A DNA stretch of 64,000 bases from Octopus vulgaris (lineage: Eukaryota), in contig OX597817.1 in assembly GCA_951406725.2 (NCBI GenBank), positions 5,456,001 through 5,520,000 of the forward strand. Direction: 5' to 3'. The translations under genes and the position numbers were made by a program. Shown here one piece after another: positions 12,373 through 26,117 of this stretch. The notes under the pieces were generated by a model that searched no databases, was not told where the DNA came from, and saw only the letters and a program-made list of their open reading frames with translations. Position 1 is the stretch's first letter. Each line of letters starts with the position of its first letter.

Positions 12373-12799
12373 ATGTATGTATGTATGCATTATGCGTCAA
12401 TGTGGTTCAACCTGCAGGAAATAACATCCAAATATGTTTTATTCATACATACAATTATTTAAAAAGAAAATATTCGATAACACAATCCTTAAGAATTTGC
12501 TTCTGAATTTCAGATAAAGGAAAACAAAACGTAGTCCATGGAACGATGGATGGTCACAGCCGGAAAGCCCTCATCATGTATCAGCTTAATCAGGACTGAC
12601 CTGCTTAGAACAGTTATCCACTATAATCTTTTAAGCTGATCAGACTTCCCCACAACAGTGACTTTAAAACTATCCTCTTACAATTCCTTCCTGAATAACG
12701 GTGATCCTGAACTTCCCCCTATACAACAAATATACACTAAATAGTACTTTTATATAAATGTCCATGCCATTGCCAAAGAATTTTAAGGTAGCCAGTTAG

Positions 12800-13062
12800 G
12801 TTATATCAATAAAAGTCCTGCCTATAATAGTTGATGCTTTGGAAACAGTAAGCAAAGATATAGACACATGGCTGAAGGAAGTTGAAATAGAATGCCCGGT
12901 AGAGCTCCTACCGAAAGTTTGTCTCTTAGGGACAGCAAGGATTATGAGGAAGGTTTTAAACACTTGAAAGACTACTGAATGCTTATGGATACCTAAGGTA
13001 ACAGGCAGTGACCTGCTACCCACATAACTCCTACCAAGTATAAGACCGAACCTGAGCCAAAC
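12800..13062 (+). mobile_element. R4/Dong-clade non-LTR retrotransposon 3' end
   Basis: VLPIIVDALETVSKDIDTWLKEV..LPKVCLLGTARIMRKVLNT*, then a short UTR and (TAA)n. Confidence 0.75.
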
Positions 13063-13063
13063 A

Positions 13064-13790
<727 letters not shown>

Positions 13791-14558
13791 TGAAAGTATT
13801 ATCATGTAGATTGTGTTGTCTTGCTATAAAAGATGGGCTACAGCAAATATTTTGCTCAATACCACTGATTTGCTTGTCATTGTCATTTGCTGGACTTTAA
13901 CCAGTTGAGAATGACCTTTAGTGACTGACGATATGTGCATCGCTGATCACGAGTAGAAGTAGTGGGGGAGTATCATAGCCATGTGTCTCCTTTTGTATTC
14001 GCATTGTGCGGATTTACTGCACTCAGATGTGATAAAAAGAGGCACTGAAACCTATTTGAAAATGATACTAGGCTTACCATCCCAACAGGAAGTTAACTGG
14101 AACGGCTCATGTACTGAGAAGAGCATTATCGCTGTGAAAACAACATCCATTCACGAATTTATTTATTTATTAATCTTTTTAAATACATATTTTACCTGTG
14201 AATTTGCGTGTGTAATCTGGGAATGCATACAATGAGCTTCTCTGCCCTAGGTGTACGGAAAACAGTCAGCGAGAAACGGAAGAAAATTTGAAGAAAGAAG
14301 GAATTAATAATAATAATAAATTATCAGCATAGTCAAGTTCAGTCGGTTCGTTTCATTTAAAAAATTGCATTTTAGATTTAAACGAAATATTTCAGTTTTA
14401 ACGACCAACACTAAAACCTGTTTAGCGACTAACGTACGGGAGGTGGTAGATGGATAAATACAGAAATTCCTCTTAATTCATAGAGATAAACTCACAAAAT
14501 TTCATATAACAAGTGTTTTGAATGTGGATGTATGCATGTGTGCGTCTGTGAGTGTTTG

Positions 14559-14611
<53 letters not shown>

Positions 14612-14827
14612 GCGAGAGCGTGTTTGAGTATGTGTATGTGTGTGTATATTTATAAGTGCGTATGCGCGCGCGTGCGTGTGTGTGTGTTAAAGGGACTAAC
14701 ATCTGCGTTCTGTCTTTATGAAGCGCTTCTGCGAATCGCTGCAGTCAGTGGTATATATGTAGATGTTTTTTCTTGAAGAAGAAAGCTATCCACACAAGTT
14801 GAAATTCATGGCCAGGTGTGTGTATGT

Positions 14828-14863
<36 letters not shown>

Positions 14864-14865
<2 letters not shown>

Positions 14866-15090
14866 CGTAAGGTGTACTAGCCATCTGAATGTGGCTAGCC
14901 ACTGGGGGTGGGGTGTTACTGATGCTTTTAGCCCCAGGCGATCAACGTCACCAGATGGACTTTAGATACAACATTTCAGTGCCCTTGTGTTATTTGCAAA
15001 GGGAGGTCATCCTCCCTCGAAAACCTAAGTGCTACATACACCCCACCCCCAGTGGCTAGCCACATTCAGATGGCTAGTACACCTTACGTT
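14864..15090. repeat. Element with perfect 53-bp inverted arms
   Basis: 14864-14916 is the exact reverse complement of 15038-15090; 121-bp spacer; adjacent to (TA)n. Confidence 0.9.
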
Positions 15091-15134
15091 GTCGAGCGGT
15101 TACTGTTTATATCTCGTTCAGAGATTTATTAATG

Positions 15135-15248
<114 letters not shown>

Positions 15249-15286
15249 CATACATATATATATATTTTCACTCCTTAACTGCCCAC

Positions 15287-15418
15287 GGGCATATGGCGCA
15301 ATGGTTAAGAGTGCGGGTTACTAACCCCAAGATTCCGAGTTCGATTCCAGCCAGTGACCTGAATAATAATAATAATGACATCAAAAATAAATTTCCCCAC
15401 GACACCTGATGAAGGCGG
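15287..15418 (+). mobile_element. tRNA-like SINE head (family C), truncated
   Basis: A-box TGGCGCAATGG, B-box GAGTTCGATTCC, anticodon-like stem gggt-tacta-accc, poorly paired acceptor stem. Followed by (aat)n and acacCTGATGAaggc. Confidence 0.6.
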
Positions 15419-15419
15419 G

Positions 15420-16116
15420 AGTGTAAATATTTTACACCTACATGATTGGAGTATCGATCCATCAAATATTCCGATTTCGATGGCCTTTATTACTTCATCA
15501 AGCATTACACGAGGTCACTGTTTTGCCAGACTGCTCTATCGTGACAATGATTACCCCAATGTGAATCTTAAACTTTTACCTGAGCTTTGCTTAGATGCCT
15601 TACTTAGGTATGACTTTTTGAAATAGCATGATCAAGTAAACATAGCCTTCGGGGTCCCAGACTTCCATTTTTACTCCTACACTATTCAGTCACTTTTACT
15701 ACATTGCAAACCTATTGCTACTAAATCCAGTCGCCTGTCACTGAGGGATCAGAAATTTGCCGAAAGTGAAGTCGACCGTCTTTTGTCAGAACAAACCATT
15801 GAACCATCTCATTCTCCCTGAAGAGCGCAAGTTTTAGTCACCAGTGATGAATCACACAAAAGACGAATGGTAATCGACAATAGCCAGACAATCAATCTAT
15901 ACACACAACTCCGTATACTGTGCCACGTATCGATGATTTGTTTGAGAAAATATCTCTCTTCGAGATATTCACTACTTCCGATCTTAAGAGAGCTTATTAT
16001 CAAATCCCTATACGCGAAGATAAGAAAAAAGTTACAGTTTCGAAGCGTGTGGGAACCTGTATCATTTCCGTCCTATACCATTCGGAGTCACAGATAGTAC
16101 AGCTTGTTTTCAACGT
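15420..16116 (+). mobile_element. Gypsy LTR retrotransposon pol fragment (protease end and RT N-terminal half), degenerate
   Basis: CKPIATKS..EVDRLLSEQTIEPSHSP*RAQVLV..KRRMVID..PRIDDL..DLKRAYYQIPI..IPFGVT..CFQR. Confidence 0.88.
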
Positions 16117-16572
16117 ATTGATTGATTGATTGATTGATTGATTCTAGTTTCAGCTCATGAGCTGTGGCCATGCTGGGGCACCGCCATTTGGTGTTGCTAC
16201 TTGGTTTTACTTCACGAAAGCTTTTTAGCAACTGCCATTTGGTGCATGAGAGAGTTCGATGCAGCTGCCCTCATCTGCACCTCCTGCCGTGAAGTTGGTT
16301 CATCTGGGACACCTGACAGGAAGAGATCCAGTTTCATTTTAAAGACATCTGCATCAACCCCATGCAGGTCTCTTATGTTCTTTGGGAGGATATTGAAGAG
16401 CTGTGGGCCTCGGAAGCCCAGGCTATCACAGTATATTGTCCTACATCTTGATGGCAAATTTGGAGTCCTAGGCACCACGCAGTGGCGCCCAGTTCTGGCA
16501 TTTGTGTAACTCTCGATGCCAAAGTTTGGGACACGTCCCTCCAGGATCTTCCAGATGTATATTATGGCATAT
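16117..16572 (-). mobile_element. 5'-truncated CR1-group LINE (ORF2 C-terminus, 3' UTR, (aatc)n tail)
   Basis: ORF 16212-16604: YAIIYIWKILEGRVPNFGI..RGPQLFNILPKNIRDL..FKMKLDLFLSGVPDEP. Inserted within the Gypsy RT. Confidence 0.88.
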
Positions 16573-16576
16573 CTTA

Positions 16577-16810
16577 TGGTATCATTGATAATCTTATCAA
16601 ACAAACAAACCTAGTGGATACCTTCGCCTACGTTGACATCACAATATGCAGGCGCAACAGAAAGCAACATGATGAGAATTATGAAAGTTTCCTACAAGTC
16701 GCGAAGACATACGGGCTTACCTTCAACGATAAGCAGACAGTCATTGCCGCCAGGACTATCACTCTCCTGGATTACGAAGTGCTCAAAGGGGTAAACAGAC
16801 AAGATTAAGA
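16577..16810 (+). mobile_element. Gypsy RT, continuation
   Basis: IIDNLIKQ..FAYVD(-)ITIC..QHDENYESFL..YGLTFN..ITLLDYEV, which is the YxDD region with one D missing. Confidence 0.85.
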
Positions 16811-17473
16811 AGGATTCTGCTGGTCAACAGCACCTACACTCATACAACTTACGAAGTTGATAGATGTAAGCTGTCCAGAATATTGTAATGCCGCATGTTA
16901 TATTTTGATGCCTATGAACTTTACGAACTTTCCTAGTAGTACTCAGATTCTTCAGCGGGGAAGAATGTGGTAATAATTACTGATATTATAACTATACCTA
17001 TACATGATATACTCAGTACTGTTAATAATACGACAGCCGATTGAAAACGAGGCTTTGGGATGAGAACGTGACTTGGTAAGGGTATTCAAAACATGGCTGC
17101 CTGCTGACCAGCAGCTCCTACTGACGAATACAGCACTCTCGTTCCTAGAAAAGTACAGCCTACTTATGACCAATCTTTTCACCTGCCACTATTGACGAAG
17201 CTGAGAATTGCTACACTACTACCAAAGAAATGTTATGATCTATGAACGAAAATCGGACGGAAAACGTACAAAACTTGCTAATAAAAACTGCAATCAGTTT
17301 GTTCAAATGAACTTTTCAAGGCTTTACGCTAGACTGGCAACAATCCAGTGACTGAAATATAGGATATCTACATACGTATAATTGCGTGCATGCATACATA
17401 CATACATACATACATACATACATACATACATACATACATACATACATACATACATACATACATACATACATAC

Positions 17474-17990
17474 ATGGTGGCTGTACCCTCCTTATCGAGT
17501 ATGGCCATTGCACGAAGCTTAATCAATGTTGTTATCGTGCAATGCCTGTGCAAGAAGATTTTTTTTTTAAAGTGAGGAGAGGCTGTGCACGGAGTCAATC
17601 CCACTCACTAAGCAACAGCAGCCATAATCCGAAAAGAAGAGCAAGTCAACATCATCGGTAACCACCGAGCCGCAGGTTTTGTGTCGGAGTTATCCCAGTT
17701 ACCTGAGTTACCTTCTCCTAGAAGGATGCCCTAAAAAAGGCTAGGAGTCCTTCACTCCGAATGGCTTAATCGCGCGATCGGGTATTCAGTCCGATTATTT
17801 ATATGTGACCGCGCATGATACAGCTTTAAGACATTTATTGGATGGCCGTTGACTCTCAAGAGTTCCTCCTACTGGTAACATGTAATCCAGTACAACCTGT
17901 TGCATGGTCGGGCCGTCGGCGACTAAACCGGCAACCCCACCAAGCTTTCTTGGTGAGGAGGGTGTTTATTGGACACCCTGCGGATGAAAA
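17474..17990 (-). mobile_element. Non-autonomous bipartite RTE derivative (5' UTR joined to 3' UTR)
   Basis: RTE-like 5' UTR motif gggcatccttctaggagaaggtaactc. The 3' end taagcttcgtgcaatggccatactcga..cagcca matches the 12.33-12.37 kb LINE tail. Embedded in (TACA)n. Confidence 0.65.
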
Positions 17991-18056
17991 ACATACATAC
18001 ATATATATACATACATACATAAATACATACATACATACATACATACATGTGTGTAT

Positions 18057-18452
18057 GTGTGTGGCTGTGTGGTAAGAAGTATGCTTCTCAACTACATGGT
18101 TCCGCGTTTAGTCTTACTGCGTGGCACCTTAGTCAATTGTCTTCTGCTATAGCCTCAGGCTGACCAAAGATTTGTGAGTGAATTTGGTAGGCAGAAACTG
18201 AAACAAGTTTATATATACATATCTATATGTTTATATATGTATATCTATATGTGTGTGCCTTTGTGTCTATCTTTGTCCCCCACACGATCATCACCGCTCG
18301 ACAACCGGTGTTAGCGGATAAATTCAGATTCAAATATTTGCGGTTCGGCAATTCGAAACTATAGAATAAATACCAGGCTTATTTGACAAAAGTTTCTTCT
18401 GGGCAGTGCCCCAGTATGACCGCAATCTAATGAATGAAACAAGTATAAGATA
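18057..18452 (+). mobile_element. SINE family A, diverged
   Basis: Head, body and tail motifs are recognisable. Confidence 0.8.
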
Positions 18453-18471
18453 ACAGAAATATATATATGTG

Positions 18472-18520
<49 letters not shown>

Positions 18521-18523
18521 ATG

Positions 18524-18591
<68 letters not shown>

Positions 18592-18595
18592 CATA

Positions 18596-18739
18596 TCCTT
18601 CTCCTATGTTTCCGACGAAGAGCTCCGCTCGAAATGTTAAACCCTCCTTCTTTCCTTCTTTCCTGAGCGTCCAATAATACTTTATTTGTTCCACGTCCTC
18701 GCGTTGTTGTGTTTTTTTTTTGTGTTTTCTTGTTTGGAT

Positions 18740-18745
<6 letters not shown>
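18596..18745 (+). mobile_element. HHR-bearing repeat family H1 (CCGACGA core variant)
   Basis: gttt-CCGACGA-a-gagc(tcc)gctc-GAAAT-GTT-aaac, between (TA)n tracts. Confidence 0.75.
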
Positions 18746-18771
<26 letters not shown>

Positions 18772-19939
18772 CGGCTTTTATCACTATATATATATTTATT
18801 ATATGCATATATATACATATACCTATACATATACCTATACATATACCTATACATATACATGCGTGTAAGTGCAGGCCCACACTTAACACTCTTACATACA
18901 GTCCATCCGACACCGCTACAACATAATAATTGCCTCATGAAAATATTCATAAAACGGAGTGAAAAAAATGAATAAATAAAGAGTGTTGTCTTTTCATCGT
19001 TTTTCAATATGTTCGTTCCTCCTTTGACGTTGTTATTAGACTTTCGTCCTGTATTTGGCAGAAACTTGAATAGTTAAATTGTCAATGTGATGAATGAACA
19101 CAGAAGATAGAATTCTGAATGGAATATGTTTTACTTCTTTTTTTTCTTTTTTGGTGCTTTTATTATATATTATATTTACATATTTTCTTCTTTTTTGCTT
19201 TCGTCTGTAATTTGTTTTTTATCTTTTACATTTGAAGTTTTTTTTTTTTGGCTATGTTCATTTCGTTATATATATTTTTTTTTATTCTTTGCGTGTGTTA
19301 ATGAAAGAAAGCAAAACGATAACAGATAGAAGAGAAAGGAATGGTGCCAAAAAAGAGAAAAAAAAATAGAACGGAGTAAAGGAATACAACTTTAGAACTG
19401 TAAACAAAGTCGAGAGGGAGAGAGACTTAAAGGGAAAAATAATAATAGTGATTAGGTTGTCGTTGATGTTGTTGTTGTTGTTGGTGGTGGTAGTGGTTGT
19501 TGTGGTGGTGAGGGGGCACGACAACTGCAGTCGTCAGGGGTTAGAGAGTGAAATGAAAGAATAAATTAGAAGACAATATAGTAAATGGAAAAATAAATGT
19601 TTCTGTTTATACGTGTGCGTGTACGTTTATATGCGTACATATATATATGTGTGTGTGTGTATGGGTTTGTGCGTATGTATGTGTATATAAATATATGTGA
19701 TATAGATATGTCATATGTATATCGATCTATGTATGTATGTATATATATAGGTATCTATCTATTTTTCTATCTCTTTCTCAGATTTCTTAGTTCTTGGCGT
19801 AGTATACACCCTTCTCATAAATTAGGAGACACATTGCACAGACGCATTCATACATACATTCATATAAATATATACATGTATATGTATGTATATATATATA
19901 TGTGTGTGTGTGTTTTATATATATATGTATATATATATA

Positions 19940-19972
<33 letters not shown>

Positions 19973-19977
19973 GAATT

Positions 19978-20012
<35 letters not shown>

Positions 20013-20286
20013 TTGTTTATATATATATATATATATATAATGTATGTATGTATGTAGTATTAAAAGGGAAACAATATTGTAAGCAGGTGAAAGAGGAAAA
20101 AAATCAAGATATATAATAGAAATGTAGGCAAAAGAAATGATGACAAGAAAATGCAAAATCCCAAATAAATTTTAAAATTACCGGTTTGTGTAAAATAATA
20201 ACGAAAACTAGTTTTCTTTCTTTACATCTATAGCAACATAAAACAAACTTTAGGTACCCTAACAAAGACAAAGCCTGGGAGTGGGA

Positions 20287-20322
<36 letters not shown>

Positions 20323-20461
20323 GCATACATATATGTATTTATATGTATATATATGTATGTATGTCAACAAATGTAAAGGCAAAAAATTCTGACATTATAA
20401 ACTACACAACAAAAATACAAGAAAAATTATTTTCTCTCTGTCTTGTTCTCTTTCTCTCTCA

Positions 20462-20508
<47 letters not shown>

Positions 20509-20863
20509 GCTCACTCACTCTCACTGCATATATGTGTCTATGAGTCTGTGTATATATATTTGTATGTATGTATTTTCACAGAGAGAAAGTGAGAGAGAGG
20601 AAGAGAGATCTATAGGAATTGTATATACCTCAAAGTGAACGCTTTCTGTGTGTTTGTTAAAATATATGCGTAGAAAAAAAATTTGAATTCCTAATGCTTT
20701 ATAAATATAAATTCTTTACATGTGTGTATCCAAAAGTATACAGTTCTCTTCTTCTTTCTTTCTTTCTTTCCATATATATATATATATATATATATAAACA
20801 CACACATACATGCAGAGTCCCTCACAAATATGCGTGTGTGTGGGAGTGTGTTTATGTGTCATA

Positions 20864-20958
<95 letters not shown>

Positions 20959-21479
20959 TTGTATACTCGTAAACTGCATACAAAATCCAAGATGAAAAAA
21001 GAAAAGAGTTTCATATAGAGTTGCACAGATTGTACAAATACAACAGCGCTTTTTCTATATACAATCGATGCTCATCTCTATAAAACGGAACTATCCCTTC
21101 TAAGCCCCACATCTAACCTTTCTATAGATTGAGTTTCCTTTATTTATTGAAAATACTCAGCACACAACAATGTATGTGTCTGTATATGTGTCTTTGTATA
21201 TGTACGTGTGTGTATGTTAGATATATTTATGTATGCATGTAGATATATATGTATGTATATACATATATATATATATATATGTGTGTGAGTGTGTGTGTAG
21301 ATAGGTGAGTGTGTCCGTATGGGTGTGTGTGCGTGTCTTTTATTCTTTTCTTTTATGCTTTTATACGTTTCATCCCTAAGATTGTGGCCACACCAGTGCA
21401 CCGCCAGTATCATCACTTTTTCAATGGCCCCTTTTATGTGATTTGCTCTTGGTGAAGGAGGCACTTCGACACCGTTGCC

Positions 21480-22230
21480 CTCTTTTAAGTCTCCTACTTT
21501 TATATTGGTTCTGGGACCTTGGATAGGGAAAGGTCATGTTGTTTCTTGAAAACATCTACCCCCATTCCATGAAGATCCTTCAAATGTTTTGGTAAGGCGT
21601 TAATTAGCTTGCCTTTGAATCTCAATCTATTGCAGTACATGGTCCTCACTCTTGATGGCACAACTGGAACCTTTTAAACAGTGCAGTGACGTCCAGTTCA
21701 GGGTCTGGTATAGCTCTCAATTCCGAAGTTTGGTGCCAATCCCTCCAGTATCTTTCATACATATATTACTGCATACCTCTTTCGTCTTCGCTCCACCTAG
21801 TAGAGTCGTAACTTTTTCAGTCTCTCCCAGAAGCTCAGCTGTGCCATTGATGCAACCTTCTTTTGTGTAACATCGCTGAACTGCCTCAAGTTCCGCTATT
21901 AAGCTGACACTGTAGGGTGACCACAGTTGAGAGTAGATGGCTGTAGTTCCTCGATGCATTATTATGAAGGTTCTCAGTATCCATCCGGCCATTCGCTTGC
22001 ACACTGCCACCATGTGAAACGGGGCATGATTGCTCATATCAATCCTGTGATCAGGCACCGTATGTGATTCTGGGGTTACTGCTCTTTTTGGTTCAAAATA
22101 TCGTTGTTATGGCTTCTGCGCACCGAATATCTGATAGCAGAAGGGTTGGGATTTGCCTGCATTTCATTGCATGTCGTTCCCATTAGCCCATTTATATATG
22201 GCATATAGGTGTTTCTGCAGATTAGCTAGC
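21480..22230 (-). mobile_element. CR1-group LINE RT/C-terminal fragment, degenerate
   Basis: RMAGWILRTF..YSQLWSPYSVSLIAELEAVQRCYTK. Confidence 0.85.
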
Positions 22231-22523
22231 ATCAGAAGGTTCCTTGACTTCGTGTACTAGAAGATGCCTTGAATATGTCGTTTGCATAGCTAGTAAGTGT
22301 GGCTGTCTGTATAACTGCGTAATGCATACATACATACATACATACATACATACATACATACATACATACACATATATATATATTAGAGAAAAAACTCTAT
22401 AAGGCAATTCAAACAATGAAAGACAGAAACCAAATCATAAATAAAAATAAAATATATTCTAAAACATATTACTAGATCACAAAAAGTACAAAAAATTAAT
22501 AAACAACATATAATAAGTAAAAA

Positions 22524-22625
22524 GACTACGTACGTTTCATGGCTATAATTAAGATTCGAATTACAATTAAATTTAAATTTAATCGAAAAACAAATGAATT
22601 TAAAATTATAGTCCCTCATCAGGTC
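22524..22625 (-). ncRNA. Type I hammerhead ribozyme
   Basis: gac-CTGATGA-ggga-ctataatt..aattatag-ccat-GAAAC-GTAC-GTA-gtc. Palindromic stem III, GUA site, stem I GAC/GTC; the base of stem II is imperfect. Confidence 0.65.
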
Positions 22626-22779
22626 AACAATAATAACAATAATAGTTTTAAAAAATAAGCAAATAGAATTAAACAATATTTCTTAAAGAAATAAAATCAT
22701 GATATTTCTTATAGAAGAAACTCCATTAACTAAATTTTAAATTTAAAACATTAGGACAAGGTGCCTATAATACATTTAT

Positions 22780-22990
22780 CATGTTAAATATTTAAGGTAA
22801 GAATATAGAGTAAATAGATAGAAAAATGTTTTAACTGATATGTTCAGGGAATTCTTTAATTTAATGCAATTTTCCATCATAACATAAGTAAAGACAGATA
22901 CAGAATAAGAACTGCATTAAGGTTAATTATTCAGCTAGTAAGAATTTCAGTAGTTATATTAAAAATTGTAATGTGGCAAAGTCGTATAAA
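22780..22990 (+). mobile_element. Possible Penelope RT-EN linker remnant
   Basis: IKVNYSASKNFSSYIKNCN resembles the PLE VKVSYS..N...I..HN motif and the 32.37 kb copy. Confidence 0.4.
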
Positions 22991-23113
22991 CAACGATAAT
23001 GCAACTTCAGAACTTATGAGAACGGTCAGTTTCTTGGTAACTCTGTGATAAAGTCTGTAATATACAGCACAGTAAAAATGAACAACGTTCATTAATCCAT
23101 AATGTCATTAGTC

Positions 23114-23158
<45 letters not shown>

Positions 23159-23568
23159 CTTAATTTTCCGTTAAGGTAAGATCAATAAAAATACATTCCA
23201 TCTGTTGTGAGATGAATACTTAAATGTACACAGTATATACTTATGATCTAATAGTTTTGTGCATTTGAGATGTTTTCCAGGCAGGTGTTGATAACAGGCC
23301 TCATGTCTCCAAGCTATCGGAAGGCTCTGAGCACATGGCCTATACAAGTTGTCCCAATTTTTAACTTTTACAAGCCATATTCAAGAGCCTCAGATTGTTT
23401 GGAGACACTAGGTGCCTTATTAAAACCTGCCTAGAAACATCTCTAATATATAAAAATATCAATAGCTCACAACTATATACTGCGTTTGTTATACAACATA
23501 TACATATTTTATATACATATATATATATACACACATACATGCATACATATACACATACATACATATAT

Positions 23569-24130
23569 GTCCAACGCCACTACACTAAAAAGACTGAAAC
23601 GGTGCAGTGGATGAGCTACAGGGATAAGCTGAGAAAACTGCAGCTTTACTCCCTGGGGCAAAGGCGTGACAGATGCAATGATCCACATATGGAAGACTCT
23701 ACAAGGGTTAGTACCTAATTTCGACATTGAGTGTTATACAAATGCCAGAACTGGCCGCCATTTTATTGTACTAAAAGTATCATCAACTCCAGCTAAATTC
23801 AGGACCAGGTACTGCAATAGTCTTCAGTTCAAAAGCTTATAACTCTTCAATGCCCTGCCACAAAACTTAAGAAACCTGCATAAGGTGAAAGTAGATATCT
23901 TCAAAGAGGAACTAAGCATCCTCCTCTCAACACTACGGGATGAACAAACAGCCTCACATGAGGTGCAGACGAGGGCAGCGGAATCACTCCCTTATACACC
24001 AAAAACAGCTCGAACAAAGGCACATACAGAAGTGGTGATGTGAAACGCACCCAGACTGAGGAAATCAGAAAGACCACGGTGGTGCTCCATCATGATCGCA
24101 GCCGCATGGATGTAACGAATAAAAGAATAA
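23569..24130 (+). mobile_element. CR1-group LINE 3' fragment
   Basis: VQRHYTKK..SYRDKLRKLQLYSL..; homologous to 16117-16572; tail ggtggtgctccatcatgatcgcag. Confidence 0.85.
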
Positions 24131-24138
24131 AGGAAATA

Positions 24139-24174
<36 letters not shown>

Positions 24175-24499
24175 TGTATGTATGTATGTATGTATGTATG
24201 TCTGTATGTATGTATGTATGAATGTATGTATGTATGTATGTATACACATACACACGCACACGCATAATCTCTTGCGCCAGTGAAGTGAGTGTGTTATGAA
24301 AACAAGTTCGTCGCCAACCGGAGTCGTTCTCTCTTATGGCGTACATAATTCCGACGGGCATGTTTCTGTTTAAATCTGCCTGAATGTATTAATAATAAAT
24401 ATCATTTCAAATCTCCGTGTAGACAGTGTAAATAACGGTTTTTTTATCGTTTAACAGGTAAAAAAAAAAGTTTTTTATTTGAAATTATGAACACATATA

Positions 24500-24664
24500 G
24501 GCGCAGGAGTGGCTGTGTGGTAAGTAGCTTGTTTACCAACCACATAGTTCCGGGTTCAGTGCCAATGCGTGGCACCTTGGGCAAGTGTCTTTTACTATAG
24601 CCTCGGGCCGACCAAAGCCTTGTGAGTGGATTTGGTAGACTGAAACTGAAAGAAGCCCGTCGTA

Positions 24665-24704
<40 letters not shown>

Positions 24705-24913
24705 TGTCTGTGTTTGTCCCTCTAGCATTGCTTGACAACTGATGCTGGTATGTTTATGTCCCCGTTACGTAGCGGTTCGGCAAAAGAGTCCGATAGAATA
24801 AGTACTGGGCTTACAAAAGAATAAGTACCGGGGTCGAGTTGCTCGATTAAAGGCGGTGCTCCAGCATGGCCGCAGTCAAATGACTGAAACAAGTAAAAAA
24901 GAAAAAAGAAAAG
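24500..24913 (+). mobile_element. SINE family A, full length
   Basis: High identity to the copies at 42765, 57941 and 60351. Confidence 0.92.
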
Positions 24914-25323
24914 AAAGGCAGTGGCTTCTTTCGGTTCATAGTTGCAGGTCCTTCTGGCTGACGAAACACAGAATTCTCTGCGATGATGCGCCGTGTGTGA
25001 TGTGAGCACACTCTTGTCATAAAATATGGAAGCCGTTCTCTTCTGACGAACAGAGCAGATACTTGTATATCTGTTCATGTATCTCCTGGTATGTACTATA
25101 AATTTACAAATCATTGTTATGTATACTGTTCCAAAATACATTGAAGAAGCAGCTAATTCAAGAGGAAACAGGTTTAAATTACCAACGGAAAAAAGGGAAA
25201 CATGAAACTCAGATTATAGGAAGTAATGATCCTTTTAGTTATAATGAATTACAAAATGCTTTACATATCGTGTTCTGTAATTTATCGCCTCTTGGTTAAT
25301 CAACAGAAAATATGCATACATAA

Positions 25324-25373
<50 letters not shown>

Positions 25374-25533
25374 TGTGTGTATGCATGCAGACACAGCTTT
25401 TTATTGAAACTGAAGCTGAGATATTGTTTCACTACTCAAGTTTCCCACCATCGCGATCTTCAGGTGAAACAGTGGCGTGAACTTCACCCTCGAAAGAATC
25501 TCTTAGCTTCAATTTCTGTGAAAAAAAGATAGG

Positions 25534-25626
<93 letters not shown>

Positions 25627-25705
25627 CTCGAATGAGGCTTTTACATGCCGAAGACTACTTGGTGTAATTGATAATTATTCCAAATTAATTAATTTCACCC
25701 TTCAT

Positions 25706-25775
<70 letters not shown>

Positions 25776-26063
25776 CATGGCTGGCTATTCCGTTCGAGGA
25801 CATCTCTTCTAGTTGGCTAACATTGCGCAACTGCATCCGATATATCGAGAAACGGAGAGCGGCCCTATATGTATATTTTTATGTATTAAGTACGCCTTTC
25901 TCACTCATTCGACGTAAGGCAACGCAGTATGTATGTATGTATGTATGTATGTATGTATGTATGTATGTATGTATGTATGTATGTATGTATGTATGTATGC
26001 ATGTGTGTATGCGTGTGTGTATATATATATACACACACATATATTACATATATCTATCTATCT

Positions 26064-26117
<54 letters not shown>

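Noticed and set aside
15287-15360. Functional tRNA gene
   Set aside because: The acceptor stem pairs poorly and there is no poly-T terminator; better explained as a SINE head.
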